NCBI RefSeq assembly: GCF_043950625.1
Contig: NZ_CP171007.1
Length of the DNA stretch: 32,000 nucleotides
Reading direction: 5' to 3' (one strand)
Origin: Alkanindiges sp. WGS2144
GTDB taxonomy: Bacteria; Pseudomonadota; Gammaproteobacteria; Pseudomonadales; Moraxellaceae
The notes beneath the pieces were generated by a model. The model saw only the letters and a list, made by a program, of their open reading frames with translations. It was not told the DNA's origin and did no database searches. The position numbers and the translations under genes were made by a program. Shown piece after piece: positions 26,896 through 32,000 of this stretch. The stretch's first letter is position 1. Each line of letters begins with the position of its first letter.

Positions 26896-28167
26896 ATGCA
26901 AAATTTTGAATTATGGAAACGTTTTGAGCACTGGCTGAGTCATTATGACTGGATGGAAACCCTGTTTAGCCTGGCAGTACTGATTATTGTCGCATGGATT
27001 GCCAATTGGATTGCCAAGCATGTGCTGGCACGGGGTATTAGTCATTTTACCCGTTTGCTTCCAGTTAACCGGGATGGCTCCTTAACGCACTATCAAGTGA
27101 CCAACCGCTTTGCCAATATTGTACCGGCACTGGTTATTCGAAATGGCATTGCGCATATTCCCCATTTGCCTGCCGGACTGGTCAAACTTGTTGAAATGCT
27201 GGCGCAGGCCTCAGTGTTTATTACCATTGTGCTTACCATTAGTGCCGCCCTTAATGTAGTCAATGCAGTATATCAGCGCCGTCCCGAAGGCAGAATCAGA
27301 CCCATCAAGGGTTATTTGCAGCTGGTTAAAATTATTTTATTTGTAGTTTGTGCCTTAATGATTATTGGTACATTTTTACAAAGGGATGTATTTACCCTGC
27401 TAGCCGGTCTGGGCGCCATGGCAGCAGTATTGATGCTGATCTTTCAGAATACTATTTTATCACTGGTGGCCAGTGTCCAGATCTCATCTTACGATATGGT
27501 ACGCATGGGTGACTGGATTACCATGCCAGGCTTAAATGCCGATGGCGACGTCATTGATATGTCGTTAAATACCATTAAGGTGCAGAACTTTGATAAAACC
27601 ATTACCACCATTCCCACCAACCGGCTGATTACCGACACATTCATGAACTGGCGCGGTATGACGGATGCTGGTGGTCGCCGAATCAAGCGTGCTATTTTGC
27701 TTGATCAAACCAGTGTGCATTTTTTGAGTGATGATGAATATACTCATTTGCAATCATCTTTTTTGCTGGATGAATATTTAAGCGACAAGCAGCGGGAAAT
27801 TCAGCAATGGAACCAGAAACTGGGCAACAAGGCACGCAACAAGCTCAATCAGCGGGCGCTTACCAATCTGGGCACATTCAGGGCTTATTTAAATCATTAT
27901 CTGCAACATCATCCGGGTATTCATCAGGACATGACCTTACTGGTACGCCAGCTTGAACCCACTGCGCACGGGCTGCCACTGGAAATTTACTGCTTTACTA
28001 CCAAAACTGAATGGGCATTTTATGAAAATGTACAATCAGATATTTTTGATCATATTCTGGCTATTTTGCCAGAGTTTGGCTTACGGATTTTCCAGGACCC
28101 AACAGGCTCTGACCTGACGCACCTTAACCACAATCAGTACAAGCCAGCGAATACTACACTGCAATAA
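26896..28167 (+). CDS. ybdG: MscS-family miniconductance mechanosensitive channel, YbdG/MscM-like
   Basis: The protein is 423 aa and aligns with E. coli YbdG through GLGAMAAVLMLIFQ, GDW..MP...ADG.VID, TTIPT, GGRRIKR, NIGTFRAYLN.YL..HP.I..DMTL.VRQL and GLPLEIY.FT. Confidence 0.9.
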   Translation: MQNFELWKRFEHWLSHYDWMETLFSLAVLIIVAWIANWIAKHVLARGISHFTRLLPVNRDGSLTHYQVTNRFANIVPALVIRNGIAHIPHLPAGLVKLVEMLAQASVFITIVLTISAALNVVNAVYQRRPEGRIRPIKGYLQLVKIILFVVCALMIIGTFLQRDVFTLLAGLGAMAAVLMLIFQNTILSLVASVQISSYDMVRMGDWITMPGLNADGDVIDMSLNTIKVQNFDKTITTIPTNRLITDTFMNWRGMTDAGGRRIKRAILLDQTSVHFLSDDEYTHLQSSFLLDEYLSDKQREIQQWNQKLGNKARNKLNQRALTNLGTFRAYLNHYLQHHPGIHQDMTLLVRQLEPTAHGLPLEIYCFTTKTEWAFYENVQSDIFDHILAILPEFGLRIFQDPTGSDLTHLNHNQYKPANTTLQ

Positions 28168-28201
28168 TTCGCCGGCAATTTACTTACTGGAATCCCACCT
28201 G

Positions 28202-28231
28202 ACCGGGCTGAGCATTGAGCCCGGTTTTTTA
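28202..28231 (+). terminator. Rho-independent terminator after ybdG
   Basis: The sequence is ACCGGGCT-N8-AGCCCGGT (28202-28209 and 28218-28225) followed by TTTTTTATT. Confidence 0.8.
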
Positions 28232-28346
28232 TTATTTTCTTTAAACATATTGACCTAAAAACCATAAAAAGACAGTACCGTGCCAATTTTAAGTCAGCAT
28301 ACTCTGCTAAGCTTGTCGCTCATAAGCCCATAAATAGGAAGGGTTA

Positions 28347-29354
28347 ATGCTTAAAACAATCAGCAAAGCACTGCTCCCTGTGCTATTAACAGTGGGAATA
28401 GCCGGGGTCTCTCATACTGCCGCAGCCGCGCCCTCAGTACTCTCCCTTAATTTTCAGCAGGTTTTACAAGAAGAACGCAACTGGGCCGGCCTAAGTACTC
28501 ATACCCTTAGGGTTGGCGATCTGGAATGGAGCTATAGTGAAGGTGGTGACAAGGCCAAGTCCACCATATTACTGATTCATGGCCTGTCAGGGAGCCGGGA
28601 CAACTGGAACCGGGTAGCACGCTATTTAACCCCCTACTATCACGTTATTATTCCTGATTTACCTTCACATGGTGATACCAAAGTTCCTGCTGATTTTGAC
28701 CTGCAAGTACCTAACATGGTAGAGGCCCTGCGCCGTTTCACCGAAGCTGCCGGTTTTAATAAAGACCTGAACGTGGCAGGTCACTCTTTGGGTGGTGCAG
28801 TAGCTGGCCTGTATGCTGCGCAGTATTTTTTTGATGTACAAAGCTTGCTATTGGTTGATAGCGCAGGGGTTTATAAAAACACACAAAGCCCTTACCTGAA
28901 AAACCCTGAATTACTGCGTAATCTGATAGTCAGCAAGCCGGGTGATTTTGACAAACTATTGCAAATTGCCATGTTTAATCCGCCATTTATTCCATCTACC
29001 TTAAAGCAGGGACAGGAACAAAGCATGATGGCGCAGGCAGACAACACCCGCAAAGTGATTGAACAGCTGATTAAACTGTACGGCTACTATACACCCGAAA
29101 CTTTTGCCCTGGCAGCCAAAGCTATTGAAGCGCCAACCCTAATTATCTGGGGTAAGCAGGACAAAATTATTGACGTCAATGTGGTGCCAGAACTTAAAGG
29201 TCTCATTAAAAATGCGCAGGAACCAGTTATCCTGCCTAACGTAGGACATACCCCTATTCTGGAAGCCGAACAACTGGTTATACAAAAATATCTACCATTT
29301 TTGCAAAAAGCGGTAGCTACCCCAAATCCATTTGCAAGTTCAGCACCAAATTAA
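28347..29354 (+). CDS. Secreted alpha/beta hydrolase, family V lipase/esterase (Moraxella Lip3 / Psychrobacter Lip1-like)
   Basis: The signal peptide is MLKTISKALLPVLLTVGIAGVSHTAAA|AP. The oxyanion region is LLIHGLSGSRDNW, the nucleophile elbow is GHSLGG, then LLVDSAG, NPPFIP, WGKQDKII and VGHTPILE. This motif series matches my recollection of Psychrobacter immobilis Lip1. Confidence 0.75.
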   Translation: MLKTISKALLPVLLTVGIAGVSHTAAAAPSVLSLNFQQVLQEERNWAGLSTHTLRVGDLEWSYSEGGDKAKSTILLIHGLSGSRDNWNRVARYLTPYYHVIIPDLPSHGDTKVPADFDLQVPNMVEALRRFTEAAGFNKDLNVAGHSLGGAVAGLYAAQYFFDVQSLLLVDSAGVYKNTQSPYLKNPELLRNLIVSKPGDFDKLLQIAMFNPPFIPSTLKQGQEQSMMAQADNTRKVIEQLIKLYGYYTPETFALAAKAIEAPTLIIWGKQDKIIDVNVVPELKGLIKNAQEPVILPNVGHTPILEAEQLVIQKYLPFLQKAVATPNPFASSAPN

Positions 29355-29382
29355 AGCGCTGTATTTATCTAAGGAAAATTTC

Positions 29383-30381
29383 ATGATGCATGCCAAGGCC
29401 GAACAACTGCTACAAGCCCAATTGCAGTTTATTTTAAAGCAGCTACAAACTGAGCAAACATTAACTGATGAGGTCAATGCACTGCTTGCTCATCTGTTTG
29501 AAAAACCTATTGAGCAGTTGATCAGCCTTGAGCACCTGCAAGTTTTAATTGGCACTCAGGCACTTGATTACCCAGTACAGGCACACCTTAGTGAACAGAT
29601 CGTAGCGCAAATCCAGTTTGCCTTAAGCCATGCCAGTAATGATAGTGTCAAGCTGGCTGATTTAATTCCAGCAGATTCAGTGGAAACAGTGGCACAATAC
29701 CTATCCTCGCAAAAAGATCACCGCGAAGCATTTATTCACCGGATTTTTAGCAATCCGGCTTATGCCCAAATGCTCTCGCAAACTATTAGTCATGCCATTA
29801 ACGACTTTATGGAAAATAACCTGATTGCCAAAAAAGTGCCGGGCGTTGGCGGACTCATGAAACTAGGCAAAAGTGTGCTGGAACGCGCTACCGACAGCAA
29901 TCTGGATGCCACCTTGCAAAGTTATTTAAGTAAAAATATTAATAACCTGATTGCGGTTAGTGAAAAAATGGCCAATCGGCATTTAAATGACCAACAGGTT
30001 TACCAGCTCATTCAGCAGGGCTGGCAAACTATTGCGCAGCAACCGGTTAGCCGTGTTAACCACTATATCAGTGATGAGGGTCTAAGCAATGGCGCTCAGG
30101 TGATTAGCCGTAGCTGGGATAGCCTGCGCGGTAGCGACTATGTTCGCACTCAGGTTAATGATGGCGTAGCACACTGGTATAAAAACAATAAACAGCACAC
30201 TCTGGGTAAGATTCTGCGTGACGTTAATGTAGATGCTACCCTGATCGAACAGGAATTAAAACTGGCGGTCATGCCTGTAATTGATCAACTTATTAATGAA
30301 GGTTACGTGGCCAGCCGGGTAGAGAGTTTGCTACGGGAGTTTTATTCATCCAGCGAGGTTAATGCAATTCTTGCCGAATAA
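29383..30381 (+). CDS. Hypothetical protein, predicted all-helical and soluble, no recognised domain
   Basis: AAGGA at 29371-29375 lies 7 nt before the ATG ATG at 29383, 28 nt after the lipase stop with no intervening terminator. The protein is 332 aa, rich in Gln/Leu/Ala, with no TM segment or signal peptide. The track start TTG at 29332 overlaps the lipase 3' end and I reject it. Confidence 0.6.
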   Translation: MMHAKAEQLLQAQLQFILKQLQTEQTLTDEVNALLAHLFEKPIEQLISLEHLQVLIGTQALDYPVQAHLSEQIVAQIQFALSHASNDSVKLADLIPADSVETVAQYLSSQKDHREAFIHRIFSNPAYAQMLSQTISHAINDFMENNLIAKKVPGVGGLMKLGKSVLERATDSNLDATLQSYLSKNINNLIAVSEKMANRHLNDQQVYQLIQQGWQTIAQQPVSRVNHYISDEGLSNGAQVISRSWDSLRGSDYVRTQVNDGVAHWYKNNKQHTLGKILRDVNVDATLIEQELKLAVMPVIDQLINEGYVASRVESLLREFYSSSEVNAILAE

Positions 30382-30522
30382 TTGGCTGAACTTCTGGCGG
30401 TTAAATCTGAAATCGCACTGACCTGATATTTAGCCGGGTGAGTGCACCGCTTTTCCTGCTTTTTGTTGCATTTCATGGCACACTTAGAGCAGAAACTTTA
30501 GCTAATTTTTGATATTGCCCTT

Positions 30523-31056
30523 ATGACCCAACTGCTGTGCGACACTGTAGAACTGCTTTTAACTGAAGAAGGCTTTAAGGTAGATCGGGTAAAACCAATC
30601 GTTCCTGCTACTGAAATAGACGAAGACGATACCACTACGTTCAGAATTTTTGTGCAGGGGCAACAGGGCGAATGGTCATGCATGGTACGCTGCTTTTCTG
30701 CTACCTCGCGCTTACTGGTGTATAGTCTGTATCCTGAACAGGCCCCAGAATCCCTCCGTCCCCGCATGAGCGAGCTGATTTCCCGCATCAACTATGGTCT
30801 GATCTTTGGTAATTTTGAGATGGACTGGGAAGATGGCGAATTACGCTATAAAACCAGCATGGACATTGAAGACATTGAGCTAACCAGCACCATTTTGCGC
30901 AACCTGGTGTACGGTAACTTTCATAGCTTTGACTTATATTTTCATGCCATTGCGCAAGGTTTAAACACCGAGCGCGAGCTGGATATTATTGTGATGGAAG
31001 CTGAAAATCCTGATATGCCCAGAGGCTTTGACCTGTTGGATGAGATGGTGCATTAA
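30523..31056 (+). CDS. YbjN-domain protein (putative sensory-transduction regulator / chaperone-like fold)
   Basis: The protein is 177 aa and acidic. Its pattern resembles YbjN-family proteins: N-terminal L..EGF.V, central W.C.V......L.VYS..P, then R...L..RINYGL..G.FE.D. This call is from memory and not motif-proof. Confidence 0.55.
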   Translation: MTQLLCDTVELLLTEEGFKVDRVKPIVPATEIDEDDTTTFRIFVQGQQGEWSCMVRCFSATSRLLVYSLYPEQAPESLRPRMSELISRINYGLIFGNFEMDWEDGELRYKTSMDIEDIELTSTILRNLVYGNFHSFDLYFHAIAQGLNTERELDIIVMEAENPDMPRGFDLLDEMVH

Positions 31057-31073
31057 TTTTTGTTTGTAAAAAT

Positions 31074-31110
31074 AAAAAGCTGGTAATCATTTTTGACTGC
31101 CAGCTTTTTT
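31074..31110. terminator. Bidirectional rho-independent terminator between the YbjN-like gene and fadH
   Basis: The sequence is AAAAAGCTGG-N16-CCAGCTTTTTT, with an A-run and a T-run flanking the stem between convergent genes. Confidence 0.7.
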
Positions 31111-31125
31111 AATGCCCTTGATCCG

Positions 31126-32000
31126 TTAAATACCCAAAGCCAGCTCGGTACCATTTAAAATTGCCCGCTTGGCGTCCAGCTCGCCCGCTTCCAGTGCCCC
31201 ACCAATTAAATGGGTAGAAATACCGGCTGCCTGCAACTCCTCATACATTGCACGTAATGGCTCCTGTCCAGCACAAATCACCACGTTGTCGACTTCCAGC
31301 AGTTTAGGCTCACCATCAATAGTGATATGCAGCCCCTGGTCATCAATCTTGTCGTAGCTGGCACCCGCAATCATACTCACCTGTTTATGCTTAAGGCTAG
31401 CCTTGTGAATCCAGCCAGTGGTTTTGCCCAGATTTGCACCAACCGAAGTCTCCTTGCGTTGCAATAAAAACACCTCGCGTGGGCTGGGTGCAATCTCTGC
31501 TTGAGTCACCCCACCGCGATTGCTGTAGGACTCATCAATACCCCACTCGGCAAAGAATTTTTTATTGTTCAAACTGGCACTCTCACCTTCGTGAGTCAGA
31601 TACTCCGCCGTGTCAAATCCAATACCACCTGCGCCAATAATCGCCACACGTTGGCCAACCGGTTTTTTATCACGCAATACATCCAGATAACTCAGTACTT
31701 TAGGGTGGTCAATACCTTCAATATGCAGCTCACGCGGCGTTACCCCAGTCGCCAGCACCACCTCGTCAAATTGGCCGTTTTGCAGCAGCTCTACATCGGC
31801 ATACTGACCAAGCTTCACGTCAACGCTGCTTAGCTCCAGCTGCCGCTTAAAATAGCGCAAGGTTTCATAAAACTCTTCCTTGCCCGGAATTTGCTTGGCA
31901 ATATTAAACTGACCACCAATCTGATTTGCGGCATCAAACAGAGTGACCTGATGGCCGCGCTTGGCCGCTGTGGTGGCAAAAGCAAGTCCTGCCGGGCCAG
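31126..32000 (-). CDS. fadH: 2,4-dienoyl-CoA reductase [NADPH] FadH, C-terminal portion; 5' end lies beyond the window
   Basis: The track ORF (31126..31860, TTG) is an artefact of the window edge. The frame stays open to 32000 and reads GPAGLAFATTAAKRGHQVTLFDAANQIGGQFNIAKQIPGKEEFYETLRYF. This continues into DHPKVLSYLDVLRDK, IIGAGGIGFD, LGKTTGWIH and VVICAGQEP, nearly collinear with E. coli FadH. Confidence 0.9.
   Translation of the reverse strand, partial: GPAGLAFATTAAKRGHQVTLFDAANQIGGQFNIAKQIPGKEEFYETLRYFKRQLELSSVDVKLGQYADVELLQNGQFDEVVLATGVTPRELHIEGIDHPKVLSYLDVLRDKKPVGQRVAIIGAGGIGFDTAEYLTHEGESASLNNKKFFAEWGIDESYSNRGGVTQAEIAPSPREVFLLQRKETSVGANLGKTTGWIHKASLKHKQVSMIAGASYDKIDDQGLHITIDGEPKLLEVDNVVICAGQEPLRAMYEELQAAGISTHLIGGALEAGELDAKRAILNGTELALGI

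Noticed and set aside
29332-29382. A TTG-initiated extension of the unknown helical protein overlaps the lipase 3' end.
   Set aside because: The ATG ATG at 29383 has a well-spaced AAGGA SD. The extension has no SD and would overlap the upstream CDS by 23 nt.
1-32000. I made a window-wide search for CRISPR arrays, tandem repeats, tRNA/rRNA/tmRNA genes, IS elements, integrases, phage genes, toxin-antitoxin pairs and defence genes.
   Set aside because: I saw none by eye. Intergenic regions contain only short hairpins and terminators, and gene content is uniformly core-metabolic and housekeeping. A computational scan (tRNAscan-SE, Infernal, ISfinder, defence-system HMMs) would be needed to exclude small elements.

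Overview
This 32-kb window is a densely packed chromosomal core region of a gammaproteobacterium. Three things suggest Moraxellaceae/Pseudomonadales, by inference only: scattered type II secretion genes, an rpoH...DUF423-thiS-thiG neighbourhood, and a Moraxella Lip3 / Psychrobacter Lip1-type family V lipase. I can support about 31 CDS. They are, in order: rapA (partial), rluA-like, hemL, a DUF2939-like gene, thiE, purF, cvpA, pyrD, gspM, gspL, sixA, gpsA, a ydjA-like nitroreductase, a PhaC-like hydrolase, a small lipoprotein, rhlB-like, a csp gene, tusA-like, rpoH, DUF423, thiS, thiG, epmA, pdxB, ybbP-like, ybbA-like, tesA, a beta-carbonic anhydrase, ybdG/mscM-like, a secreted lipase, an unknown helical protein, a YbjN-like gene and fadH (partial). 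Two genes run off the window edges and are missing from the ORF track: rapA (1..1727, minus) and the 5' part of fadH (to 32000, minus). The track uses alternative start codons, so several track ORFs are over-extended at the N-terminus; I give preferred starts. Several clear rho-independent terminators are visible. I found no rRNA/tRNA, CRISPR, IS/integrase/phage genes or recognisable defence or toxin genes. I do not see a convincing novel multi-gene system, and the window reads as ordinary housekeeping DNA. The unexplained items are modest. They are an orphan Cys-nucleophile PhaC-like enzyme coupled to a nitroreductase, and an unknown 332-aa helical protein coupled to a secreted lipase. They also include a structured purF-thiE spacer whose terminator abuts the thiE start with no THI-box, a 618-bp AT-rich intergenic region upstream of csp, and abutting divergent start codons of tesA and ybbA.
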